Counted from the first letter of the stretch, positions 8,257 to 16,852 are shown. The stretch: 64,000 nt of DNA from Bacteroidales bacterium (GCA_020052415.1 JAGVPB010000004.1:3326-67325), one strand, 5' to 3'. The notes: generated by a model from the letters alone, not told the origin. Numbers and translations are program-made.

Positions 8257-10581
8257 TCATAGTTTGAAACTAACAGGAATAATCATTTTTGTATTCACAG
8301 CGCTACCATGCTGCATTCCTGGCTTCCATTTTCCGCTGCTGAGTTTCATTACACGCAAAGCCTCCTTATCAAGCAAGGAATGGACACTCCTTTTAATATT
8401 TATTTCGGATATTGTTCCATCTTTGTTAACAACAAATTCAATATAAACTGTTCCCATTATTCCCTTCTCCGCAGCTTCTTTCGGATATTTCAGGTTGGCT
8501 TTAAGGAAAGACTGAAACGCCAGATCCCCGCCAATAAATTCAGGCTGGCTTTCTGTGATTGTGAAGACAGGTTCATTTTCATCCGAAAATTCAAAGCTTA
8601 CCTCTTGCAGACAATCAACTGCAGAATATCGGGTTTGAGAAGAATTACCCATTTTCATTGACATTGCAGAATAATAATTTTCTCCTACTGCATTGTTGCT
8701 CACTCCAGGAGGCAACGGCAATGGCTGCTTTACTTCAATCAGTTGTCCGTTTTTATTTCTGATTTCTGAATCTATCGCAACAAAAGAAGTGTAGTTTGTA
8801 AGCAAGTCATATTTGAGGCCAAGAGCAGTAATTTCATTCACCAGTTCCTCAGACTGTTCACAGCTTGCATAATCATCGAACAATCTGATTTTTTCCCTTG
8901 CCCAAAGTAACCGGATAGCTGAATTTTCCTTTGATGGTGAATATTCTGCAAGGTCAAGCCTTTGATTAATTCCCCATCCTCCTGTTGTACCGCTCAGGTC
9001 AATAAAACCCGACGGATTTCCCCTGTATTTACCAAAAACCAGAACAGGCCTTTCCGAAAAAACATCAGGAGCTTCAAGGGGTTCTACATCATAGACTTCG
9101 ATACCTTTGAACTGGATTTTTATATTCGTCAGCACGGGATTGCTGACATACTTCCTGAATTTTTCCGCCATCCTGCTCGCTTCACTCTGACTTGCAGCAA
9201 TAAAGGGAAGCCCATTGCCTGCATGAGCCATTCCTTCGATCAGGTAACGATCAACCGAGCTTCCAATCCCAAAAGGAAAGAAATTAGCATTGCCCAAATT
9301 TTTACGGATAAGGTCGAAGGCTTCTTTTTCAACAGTCACATAACCATCAGTGGCAATTATAAATGTTCTCGAAAAGTTTTCAGTACCGCTCAGAGCCAAT
9401 GCCCTCCTGAGTGCCGGTAATAATTCTGTACCTCCTCCCCCATTTTGTTTTTCAATGAAATCAATTGCCTTTTTTATATTCTGCTGATTGGCATCGAGAG
9501 AATAATCCGAAAGTATTTCATTACCACCTGCAAATAAAATTACATTAAACTTATCAGTATTCCTGAGGTTGCTGATGAGATCTTTCAGTAATGATTTTGA
9601 AACCTCAAGCGGAAATCCCGACATGGAACCGGAAACATCAACGATGAAAACATATTCCCGCAGCGGAATATTTTCAGGTTTTACCTGTTTAGGTGGTTGT
9701 ATCATTGCCAGAAAGAAATTTTCTTCCCTGCCTTCATATAGCAAAAGGCCCGATGCAATCTGGTCGCCTTTCAATTTATATTTCAAAATGAAATCCCTGT
9801 TCCCACCAAACTTTTCATCTTCTTTAAGGCCGACCTTGACCTTTTCTTTACCGGTAAAATTAATGTCTGCATGGTGTGTGGTACAGGTCACATCACTCAC
9901 AGGGATTCCGGCATTCAGGCTGACCGAAAGATCAAAAGTGTAATATGGAAGTTGTCCTTCCGGTGTATAGGGATTTGACACCCATAATTCGTTTGCACTT
10001 GCAAGCTTTTCCGGAGTATTTGAGTAGCGTGGCCCGACCACTGTCGGATAGACAAATTCATAGACACCATCCTCAGGAATTAAAAGTTCCGTATATCTCA
10101 ATTCAACTTTTATCTCATCTCCGGGCATGATGTTGGCAACATTCATTTGAAAAACATTCGGCCGCTGCTGTTCAAGCAGGCTTGCACTATAACCGTTTTG
10201 TTTTGCTTCTTCGTAATCCTGCCTGGCCTTATCCTTTTTTTCAATTTTTGCTTCAATGATTCTTTCACCGATGGTCATTTTCATTCCGTAAACTGCCGCC
10301 CGTGTAGAGGCCGGGAAAATATAAATAGCCTCTATGGCTTGATTCCCGCTGTTTTTATAAACCTGGGTCACCAGTATATCCGCGATCACACCGGCAATAT
10401 TCACATTTGCATTCGTTGATTTCAAAGGTAACTGATCGGTTCCCGGCTTATCGGATTGAATAAAGAAATAGGGAGAGAGGGTTTTGTCGGAGCCTTGTTC
10501 CGTTTGACTGATTCCGTTATAGGAACCGGCAATTAATAATGCCAGACCGATTAAAAGGATTTTTGCTGATTTTACTTTCAT
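8257..10581 (-). CDS. Secreted VIT domain + von Willebrand A domain protein with a TonB C-terminal domain
   Basis: 774 aa with a signal peptide (MKVKSAKILLIGLALLIAGS). VIT-like region at about aa 35-165. vWA with intact MIDAS DVSGSMSG (aa 315-322) and TDG. The last ~100 aa, PEFIGGDLAFQSFLKANLKYPKEAAEKGIMGTVYIEFVVNKDGTISE...IPVSFKL, are TonB_C-like. Confidence 0.8.
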   Translation of the reverse strand: MKVKSAKILLIGLALLIAGSYNGISQTEQGSDKTLSPYFFIQSDKPGTDQLPLKSTNANVNIAGVIADILVTQVYKNSGNQAIEAIYIFPASTRAAVYGMKMTIGERIIEAKIEKKDKARQDYEEAKQNGYSASLLEQQRPNVFQMNVANIMPGDEIKVELRYTELLIPEDGVYEFVYPTVVGPRYSNTPEKLASANELWVSNPYTPEGQLPYYTFDLSVSLNAGIPVSDVTCTTHHADINFTGKEKVKVGLKEDEKFGGNRDFILKYKLKGDQIASGLLLYEGREENFFLAMIQPPKQVKPENIPLREYVFIVDVSGSMSGFPLEVSKSLLKDLISNLRNTDKFNVILFAGGNEILSDYSLDANQQNIKKAIDFIEKQNGGGGTELLPALRRALALSGTENFSRTFIIATDGYVTVEKEAFDLIRKNLGNANFFPFGIGSSVDRYLIEGMAHAGNGLPFIAASQSEASRMAEKFRKYVSNPVLTNIKIQFKGIEVYDVEPLEAPDVFSERPVLVFGKYRGNPSGFIDLSGTTGGWGINQRLDLAEYSPSKENSAIRLLWAREKIRLFDDYASCEQSEELVNEITALGLKYDLLTNYTSFVAIDSEIRNKNGQLIEVKQPLPLPPGVSNNAVGENYYSAMSMKMGNSSQTRYSAVDCLQEVSFEFSDENEPVFTITESQPEFIGGDLAFQSFLKANLKYPKEAAEKGIMGTVYIEFVVNKDGTISEINIKRSVHSLLDKEALRVMKLSSGKWKPGMQHGSAVNTKMIIPVSFKL

Positions 10582-10601
10582 GATTTCATAGTTTTTATTA
10601 T

Positions 10602-11285
10602 TTAATGCATTAAGTTAAATTTAACCGGAAGCACCATCTGGACATTTACCGTTTTCGTCCTTTGTTTACCGGGATTCCATTTGGGCATGTTTGTTACGAC
10701 ACGAAGTGCTTCTTCATCACATCCACCACCAATGCCTCTTTGTACAAATACATCCCTGATGCTTCCGTCTTCCCAAACAATAAAATTCATATAAACCGTT
10801 CCGGATATGCCTGTTTCAACTGCTAACCGCGGATATTTCAAATTATCCAAAAGGTATTTTTGTAAAGCTGCGTATCCACCAGGGAAAGATGGTTGTTCCT
10901 CAACCACTTTAAATACCACAGGTTCTTCGGTGAATTCTTCGGGTTCATCAATATTGATCAGGTTCAGAACATTTTGTGTTTTGTCGGGGTCTTCAAAAAT
11001 AATTTCGATGATGTCCTCAGGTTCTGAATTATCAATAACACTAAAATTAACCGGCTGAACTTTAGGAATCGGAATCAGGGGTTTATTATCTTCCTGAACC
11101 GTAATTTTTACAATCTCCTCTATTTCATAGTTTTCGTTTGAAAAGAGTTTTTCGATTGAATATGCTTTTTCCGACCGCCATTCAAAAGCAGCCAGAACAA
11201 CAGATAAACTCACAACGAGTCCGATCTGGAAAAACAGCGTACGCTTATGCTCAAGGTTCGCTTTTTCTGATTTTTTGATTTTCAT
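10602..11285 (-). CDS. TonB-family energy transducer
   Basis: 227 aa; N-terminal TM anchor (LFFQIGLVVSLSVVLAAFEW); acidic/Pro linker; C-terminal PSFPGGYAALQKYLLDNLKYPRLAVETGISGTVYMNFIVWEDGSIRD...LPVKFNL. Confidence 0.8.
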   Translation of the reverse strand: MKIKKSEKANLEHKRTLFFQIGLVVSLSVVLAAFEWRSEKAYSIEKLFSNENYEIEEIVKITVQEDNKPLIPIPKVQPVNFSVIDNSEPEDIIEIIFEDPDKTQNVLNLINIDEPEEFTEEPVVFKVVEEQPSFPGGYAALQKYLLDNLKYPRLAVETGISGTVYMNFIVWEDGSIRDVFVQRGIGGGCDEEALRVVTNMPKWNPGKQRTKTVNVQMVLPVKFNLMH

Positions 11286-11437
11286 AACATTTTGTTTTAA
11301 AGGTTGAACTTTTTAAAATCTCATAATTTGGATGCCGGACTTATAATTATTCCATAAATTAGCAAAGAATTTTTTGGCATTTGTAATAAACCCCTGTGGT
11401 ATAATGTTTGCAACTTTGAGGGATAAAGCTGGATCAA

Positions 11438-12040
11438 ATGATTCTTAAATCTATTTTTAAATCAAAAAAAGAAAATGACCTTCGCAATTATGCGGACGGA
11501 GAATTGATCAGGGCTTTTAAAACAAATCATGGCAATGCCTTCCTCGAAGAAATATTCAACAGGTACAGCCATCTTGTATTCGGCGTTTGCATGAAATACC
11601 TGAAAAATGAAGATGAAAGCAAGGATGCTGTAATGCAAATTTTCGAAAACCTCATAGAGATACTAAGAAAACAGGAAGTTGAGAATTTCAGAAGCTGGAT
11701 ATACACCGTTTCGAAAAATCATTGCCTGATCATATTGCGAAAACAAAAATCCACAGAAAATGTAAGGTCGGGATATTTCGAAAAAGTTCACACCGAAATT
11801 ATGGAATCCACGGATGTTTATCATCAGCATAACAAAACGGATTTGAATGAAAAACTACCGCATCTTCAGCCTGCCATTGAAAAACTCAATGAAGAACAGC
11901 GCAAGTGTATAGAATTACTATATTTACACGATAAATCGTATCAGGAAGTATCGTCACTTACTGGCTATAGTTTAAAACAGGTGAAAAGCTTTATTCAAAA
12001 CGGAAAGAGAAATCTCAGAATTTATCTTGAAAACAAATGA
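11438..12040 (+). CDS. ECF-type RNA polymerase sigma-70 family factor
   Basis: 200 aa; region 2-like FRSWIYTVSKNHCL; region 4 HTH SYQEVSSLTGYSLKQVKSFIQNGKRNL. The stop overlaps the next gene (ATGA). Confidence 0.85.
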   Translation: MILKSIFKSKKENDLRNYADGELIRAFKTNHGNAFLEEIFNRYSHLVFGVCMKYLKNEDESKDAVMQIFENLIEILRKQEVENFRSWIYTVSKNHCLIILRKQKSTENVRSGYFEKVHTEIMESTDVYHQHNKTDLNEKLPHLQPAIEKLNEEQRKCIELLYLHDKSYQEVSSLTGYSLKQVKSFIQNGKRNLRIYLENK

Positions 12041-13320
12041 GTTCGGAAACAAAATATAAAACGTTGTTCAGTCCTTCGGGCTGTCTGACGCTGGAGGCTA
12101 TGAACCGCTATCAGGCATCGGAACTTACTGAGTCGGAAAAGAGAGAAATTGATGACCATCTTAATGGTTGTGAATTGTGTTGTGATGCTCTTGAAGGATT
12201 ACGTCTGATTACGGACCGCGACAAACTGAATTCAATTGTTTCAGAGATCAATAAAAACCTGAGGAAAAATCTCATCACTGAAACCGGGACTGTCAATCCC
12301 ATTTACCAGGAATCCGGCATGAAGTATTTGTATTTTGCAGTTGCTGCCTCGGTTTTACTACTGATAGCTGTTTTTTCCTATCTGAATTTTTATTCACCGA
12401 TTAAGGAAACACAATTGTCAGTTTTATCTCCCGCTGATTATGAAATTCAGATTCCGGATTTGCCTGTCCCGAAATTGCCAAAACAACAATCTCAGGAATC
12501 AGCAATTAAGCTTTCCGAACAAATACCGGCTGATGAAATTAAACAGACTTCGGTCAATCAGCAAAAGCCAGGGAAAGTAAAATCAGGATCAGACGAAAAA
12601 TCTGAAAATTTCAAACCTGCAATAGCTGAACTCAAAAGCAGCGACACTTTACTGACAGAAACATACGCAAACGGAGAAAACATTACTGTTCTCACCGAAA
12701 ATAAGGAATCAGAACCAACAAATGTTGCTATAGCCAGCACTCAGCCGGTCGAATATTATTTAGGCGGAGTTATCATCGAGGCTGAAAATTCAGGCATTGT
12801 ATTATCTGATATGAGTATTTCAAACAAATCGGCTGAAACAATGACAAATAATGGTTTGACCAGCGAATCCGGGAAGAGAAAAAATATAAATTCGGAAAGG
12901 CCGGCAAACAAAAGGAAAAACGAAGAAAAAACTAACAACAATAAAGTGTTAGACGAAATTAACGAAAAGGCTCAACCCTCAAATGTAAATTCTGAGAATA
13001 TCAGCCATTTTTTCCGAACCATAGATACAATGCCGGTTTTTCCAGGAGGAGATGTAGCCAGGACTGAGTTTCTTAAAAAACATCTTCAATATCCTCAGGC
13101 AGCAAGAATTCAGGGATTTGAGGGAACAATTTACATCTCATTTATTGTTGAAGAAACCGGAAAAATCACATCAGTCGAAATCCAGAAAGGCCTGGAGGAA
13201 GAATGTAATAGAGCCGCAGTCAGAGCTGTACAGTCCATGCCCGACTGGCAACCAGGTTATTTTGAAGGAAAAGCGATAAGAGTAAGGTTTACAATGCCTA
13301 TTACTTTTCAGTTAAAGTGA
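12037..13320 (+). CDS. zf-HC2 anti-sigma factor fused to a TM segment, a long low-complexity linker and a TonB C-terminal domain
   Basis: 427 aa. H41-x3-C45-x2-C48 (HLNGCELCC). TM at aa 96-119 (YLYFAVAASVLLLIAVFSYLNFY). A ~210-aa S/E/K/N/P-rich linker. C-terminal PVFPGGDVARTEFLKKHLQYPQAARIQGFEGTIYISFIVEETGKITS...MPITFQLK. Translationally coupled to the sigma gene. Confidence 0.75.
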   Translation: MSSETKYKTLFSPSGCLTLEAMNRYQASELTESEKREIDDHLNGCELCCDALEGLRLITDRDKLNSIVSEINKNLRKNLITETGTVNPIYQESGMKYLYFAVAASVLLLIAVFSYLNFYSPIKETQLSVLSPADYEIQIPDLPVPKLPKQQSQESAIKLSEQIPADEIKQTSVNQQKPGKVKSGSDEKSENFKPAIAELKSSDTLLTETYANGENITVLTENKESEPTNVAIASTQPVEYYLGGVIIEAENSGIVLSDMSISNKSAETMTNNGLTSESGKRKNINSERPANKRKNEEKTNNNKVLDEINEKAQPSNVNSENISHFFRTIDTMPVFPGGDVARTEFLKKHLQYPQAARIQGFEGTIYISFIVEETGKITSVEIQKGLEEECNRAAVRAVQSMPDWQPGYFEGKAIRVRFTMPITFQLK

Positions 13321-14353
13321 TGGGATTGACTGACATTTTTATCATTTCTTTCGTTGACAGTAATCCGCATGCCGCTTCAATATCCTGTCCACGGGATGCC
13401 CTTAGGGTTGTTCGTATTCCTTTTTTATTCAATCCAACCATAAACGCTTCAATCGTTTTGAGGTCGGATGATTCAAAGTCCGAACCGGGAATGGCATGAA
13501 ACCGGATGAGGTTTATTCGGCAACGGATACGGTTTAAGATACGTGCAAGCTGGTTGATATGCCTTGGTGTATCATTGATATTTTTAAACATGATATATTC
13601 GAATGATACCCTCCGCTGCCTTCCTAAATCATACTTTCTGATGACATTCAGTACTTCTTCAATCGGATGGTTATTCTGAACCGGCATCAGCATCCTTCTT
13701 TCATCGTCGAAAGGCGAATGAAGGCTGACCGCCAGATGGCAGTTGCTTTCTTCAATGAACCGGATCATGGGTCCGATTACTCCAATAGTTGAAACCGTAA
13801 TCCGACGCGGACTCATTGCAAAACCCCATTCGGAGGTCAGTATTTCAAGGCTCTGCATTACATTTTGAAAATTATCCATCGGTTCGCCCATTCCCATATA
13901 AACGATGTTGGTGAGTTGATCTCTTTCGGGAAGGCTTTTTACCTGGTTGACGATTTCACCCGTAGTCAGGTTGCCCATGAATCCCTGCCTGCCGGTCATA
14001 CAGAAAACGCATCCCATACGGCAGCCAACCTGAGAGGAAACGCAAAGTGTTGCCCTGTCCTGATCAGGTATAAAAGCCGACTCGATAAACCTGTTGTTAT
14101 TTACAGGAAATAAATATTTTTTTGTGCCATCAGCAGATATGCTTACGGACGAGTGCTGTTGAACACCTAAAGAAAAATTATCTTCAAGCAGTTGCCTGGT
14201 CTTTTTCGACAGGTTGGACATCTCATCAATGGATGAAATATTTTTTTTGTAAAGCCAGTCACTGATTTGCCGTGCAGAATATGCCGGCAATTCAAGCTGC
14301 TTTACCAGTTGAACCAATTGATCAAATGTTTTTCCAAACAGGACTTCCTTCAT
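13301..14353 (-). CDS. rlmN: 23S rRNA/tRNA adenine-C2 methyltransferase RlmN (radical SAM)
   Basis: 350 aa; CVSSQVGCRMGCVFCMTG radical-SAM cluster; GMGEP; ACGLL near the C-terminus. The 3' end overlaps the convergent anti-sigma gene by 20 bp. Confidence 0.93.
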   Translation of the reverse strand: MKEVLFGKTFDQLVQLVKQLELPAYSARQISDWLYKKNISSIDEMSNLSKKTRQLLEDNFSLGVQQHSSVSISADGTKKYLFPVNNNRFIESAFIPDQDRATLCVSSQVGCRMGCVFCMTGRQGFMGNLTTGEIVNQVKSLPERDQLTNIVYMGMGEPMDNFQNVMQSLEILTSEWGFAMSPRRITVSTIGVIGPMIRFIEESNCHLAVSLHSPFDDERRMLMPVQNNHPIEEVLNVIRKYDLGRQRRVSFEYIMFKNINDTPRHINQLARILNRIRCRINLIRFHAIPGSDFESSDLKTIEAFMVGLNKKGIRTTLRASRGQDIEAACGLLSTKEMIKMSVNPITLTEK

Positions 14354-14374
14354 GTTCTTTTAATAAAATCAGTG

Positions 14375-14382
14375 CAAAGATA
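14375..14382 (-). promoter_or_regulatory. Bacteroidetes-type -7 promoter box upstream of rlmN
   Basis: Reverse complement TATCTTTG matches TAnnTTTG; 21 nt upstream of ATG 14353. Confidence 0.45.
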
Positions 14383-14392
14383 ATACTTGAAC

Positions 14393-14515
14393 CCACTCCG
14401 AAAAGTTTCGGGGAACGTCTGTGCGAAGGCGGAGCCTGAAGCAATCTGTTGATCTATAAGACATACAGATTGCTTCACTACGTTCGCAATGACAAATAAT
14501 GACTTTTCGGAGTGG
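14393..14515. repeat. Long imperfect palindromic intergenic element (MITE/REP-like)
   Basis: Outer 14-bp perfect IR ccactccgaaaagt (14393-14406) / acttttcggagtgg (14502-14515). Inner 12-bp perfect IR gaagcaatctgt (14438-14449) / acagattgcttc (14465-14476). Additional tgcgaa/ttcgca pairing. Confidence 0.8.
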
Positions 14516-14628
14516 ACTCATACTTAAAACTCCGAACTGCTCAATCAATTACTTATGTTCAGCAATAACAAATTTTTGTAAATTTATCAGCTAAATAATT
14601 CAATGTAAAACTCTCAAAATATTATATC

Positions 14629-15063
14629 ATGAACTTTCTTGTCGCCGTTGATTTTTCGGATGTAACTGATAAAATAGTAAATATCGTAAAATCCGTAGCC
14701 TTAAATACAAATGCCAGCATTTGGTTAATTCATGTGGTACAACCCGAGCCCGATTTTATTGGTTATGAAGTTGGACCACCGAGCCACAGACATATTATCG
14801 CACAAAAATTTCAGGAAAAGCATGTTCAGATACAGGAATTAGCCGAAAGCCTGAACAAAGATGGCCTTACCGTAACTCCATTACTGGTTCAGGGACCCAC
14901 TGTGGAGACGATCATGAGTGAGGCTGAAAAACTCAAACCGGATATAATCATTACCGGTTCGCACGGACATGGTGCTATGAGCCATTTATTAATGGGAAGC
15001 GTGAGCAAAGGAATCTTAAGAAAATCATCAGTTCCGGTATTGGTTGTTCCATCGGGACATTAA
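14629..15063 (+). CDS. Universal stress protein (UspA family)
   Basis: 144 aa; C-terminal IITGSHGHGAMSHLLMGSVSKGILRKSSVPVLVV typical of the Usp ATP-binding fold. Confidence 0.85.
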   Translation: MNFLVAVDFSDVTDKIVNIVKSVALNTNASIWLIHVVQPEPDFIGYEVGPPSHRHIIAQKFQEKHVQIQELAESLNKDGLTVTPLLVQGPTVETIMSEAEKLKPDIIITGSHGHGAMSHLLMGSVSKGILRKSSVPVLVVPSGH

Positions 15064-15126
15064 CAGATTCTTTAAAGGATAAAGTTAAACTGCTTTGATA
15101 TTAGGATCCTTTGGCTCTTTGAATAC

Positions 15127-16299
15127 TCATTCAAACGCGCTGATGCCTGTAATGTCATTCCCGGTAATTAACAAATGAATATCGTGGGTGCCTTCATAGG
15201 TTATCACCGACTCCAGGTTCATGATATGACGCATGACCGGGAAATCGCCGGTGATGCCCATTGCTCCCAGAATTTGTCTTGATTGGCGCGCAACATTCGA
15301 CGCCATTTCCACATTGTTTCTTTTTGCCATCGAAATTTGAGCTGCAGAAACTTTACCCTGATTTTTCAGCTCACCCAACCGAAAGGCTATAAGTTGCCCT
15401 TTGGTAATTTCCGTCAGCATTTCCGCCAGTTTTTTTTGGGTTAGCTGAAATGAGGCTATGGGTTTATTGAACTGTTTACGTTCAAGGGAGTATTTCAAGG
15501 CTGTATTGTAGCAATCCATAGCAGCGCCAAGAGCGCCCCAGGCAATACCGTACCTTGCAGAGTTCAGACAACTTAAAGGACCTTTCAATCCGCTTATACC
15601 AGGAAGCAAATTTTCTTTAGGAATCTTAACATTGTCAAAAACCAATTCACCTGTAATTGATGCCCTCAACGACCATTTACCATGCGTTTCGGGAGTCGTA
15701 AATCCGGGCATGCCTTTCTCAGCGATCAATCCTCTCACAATATTCTTTTCATCTTTTGCCCAAACAATTGCAATATCTGCTATGGATGAATTGGTGATCC
15801 ACATTTTCGAACCATTCAGCAAAACGTGGTTGCCCTGATCTGTTATTCTTGTTTCCATGCTTCCGGGATCGGAGCCGTGATTGGGCTCGGTAAGGCCAAA
15901 GCAACCGATGATCTCTCCCTTTGCCAGCGAAGGCAAATATTTTTTCTTTTGTGCTTCCGTACCATATTCAAATATAGGGAACATCACCAGCGAAGTTTGA
16001 ACTGAAGCTGCCGACCGGATTGCCGAATCGCCTCTCTCCAGTTCCGTCATAATGACTCCATACGAAATGTAATCCAGTCCGGCTCCACCATATTCAACAG
16101 GTATAAACGGTCCGAATGCGCCGATTTCTCCAAGTTCTCTGAACAAGCCAATTGGAAAATGATGTTTTTGAGCGGCTTCCTCAATAACTGGAATGACCGA
16201 TTTGTTTACCCAGTCGCGGATAGAAGACCGGATGATCTTGTGCTCAGCAGTCAACAGATCATCAATAAAAAAATAGTCGGGAGGAGTATAAGAGTACAT
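15127..16299 (-). CDS. Acyl-CoA dehydrogenase (glutaryl-CoA dehydrogenase-like)
   Basis: 390 aa; GLTEPNHGSDPGSMETR, KMWITNS and YEGTHDIHLL motifs. Confidence 0.9.
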   Translation of the reverse strand: MYSYTPPDYFFIDDLLTAEHKIIRSSIRDWVNKSVIPVIEEAAQKHHFPIGLFRELGEIGAFGPFIPVEYGGAGLDYISYGVIMTELERGDSAIRSAASVQTSLVMFPIFEYGTEAQKKKYLPSLAKGEIIGCFGLTEPNHGSDPGSMETRITDQGNHVLLNGSKMWITNSSIADIAIVWAKDEKNIVRGLIAEKGMPGFTTPETHGKWSLRASITGELVFDNVKIPKENLLPGISGLKGPLSCLNSARYGIAWGALGAAMDCYNTALKYSLERKQFNKPIASFQLTQKKLAEMLTEITKGQLIAFRLGELKNQGKVSAAQISMAKRNNVEMASNVARQSRQILGAMGITGDFPVMRHIMNLESVITYEGTHDIHLLITGNDITGISAFE

Positions 16300-16341
16300 T
16301 GCATTAAAATTTTGGTAAAGATAGAAAAGAGGATTAAGCCC

Positions 16342-16428
16342 CAGATTAAAGGATTAAGAAAAAGTGAATAATGAATGGCCTGTATTAACTGGCAATGTTT
16401 AGCTGAGTACCGCGAATTGATTGCCAAA
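16342..16428. repeat. Partial copy (A) of the ~100-bp repeat family also present at 16935-17131
   Basis: cagattaaaggattaagaaaaagtgaataatgaatggcctgtattaactggcaatgttta closely matches 17073-17131 by eye. It continues into ctgagtaccgcgaa..ttgccaaag, which resembles the start of the next unit. Confidence 0.75.
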
Positions 16429-16456
16429 GAATATAAGCACTACGGCTATCTACCTG

Positions 16457-16759
16457 TTAAAGTTTGATATAAAGTTGTAAGTGCCCTCCAAGACCGAGTT
16501 CAACTATTTTTTGAAGTGTAGAAAGGCGAACTTCCTTTATATTATTTTCAATTTTAGAAATGTATCCTTTGTTTGTTCCACATTTCTGCGCTAATTCTTC
16601 CTGTGTCATTCCTTTTTCAATTCGGGCTTGCTGGATAAGAAACCCAAGTTTAAAGGGTTCATATCCTTTCTCAAACTTGTCACGTTTGGAAGTTCCGGTT
16701 TTACCATATTGTTCTTCAACAAATTGGTCGAGCGATTTTAAATTACTTTTCTGTTTCAT
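16457..16759 (-). CDS. XRE-family HTH protein, HigA-like antitoxin
   Basis: 100 aa; HTH MTQEELAQKCGTNKGYISKIENN. Its size and N-terminal region match antitoxins that normally follow RelE/ParE(Gp49-like) toxins in Bacteroidota. Confidence 0.8.
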   Translation of the reverse strand: MKQKSNLKSLDQFVEEQYGKTGTSKRDKFEKGYEPFKLGFLIQQARIEKGMTQEELAQKCGTNKGYISKIENNIKEVRLSTLQKIVELGLGGHLQLYIKL

Positions 16760-16774
16760 ATTCTTTTTTAATTT

Positions 16775-16846
16775 TTATTGCTTGTTATAGAAGTCAGCAA
16801 AATAGCCCTTATAAAAAAACACTGATCTTATTTTCTTATTACTCAT
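16775..16846 (-). pseudogene. 23-codon remnant of a RelE/ParE (Gp49-like) toxin gene
   Basis: My translation of the reverse strand gives MSNKKIRSVFFYKGYFADFYNKQ then TAA. This resembles the N-terminus (..V.FYK.YF.DFY..Q) of ~110-aa toxins that precede this antitoxin type. Only 15 nt separate its stop from the antitoxin ATG. Confidence 0.55.
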
Positions 16847-16852
16847 GGGTTG

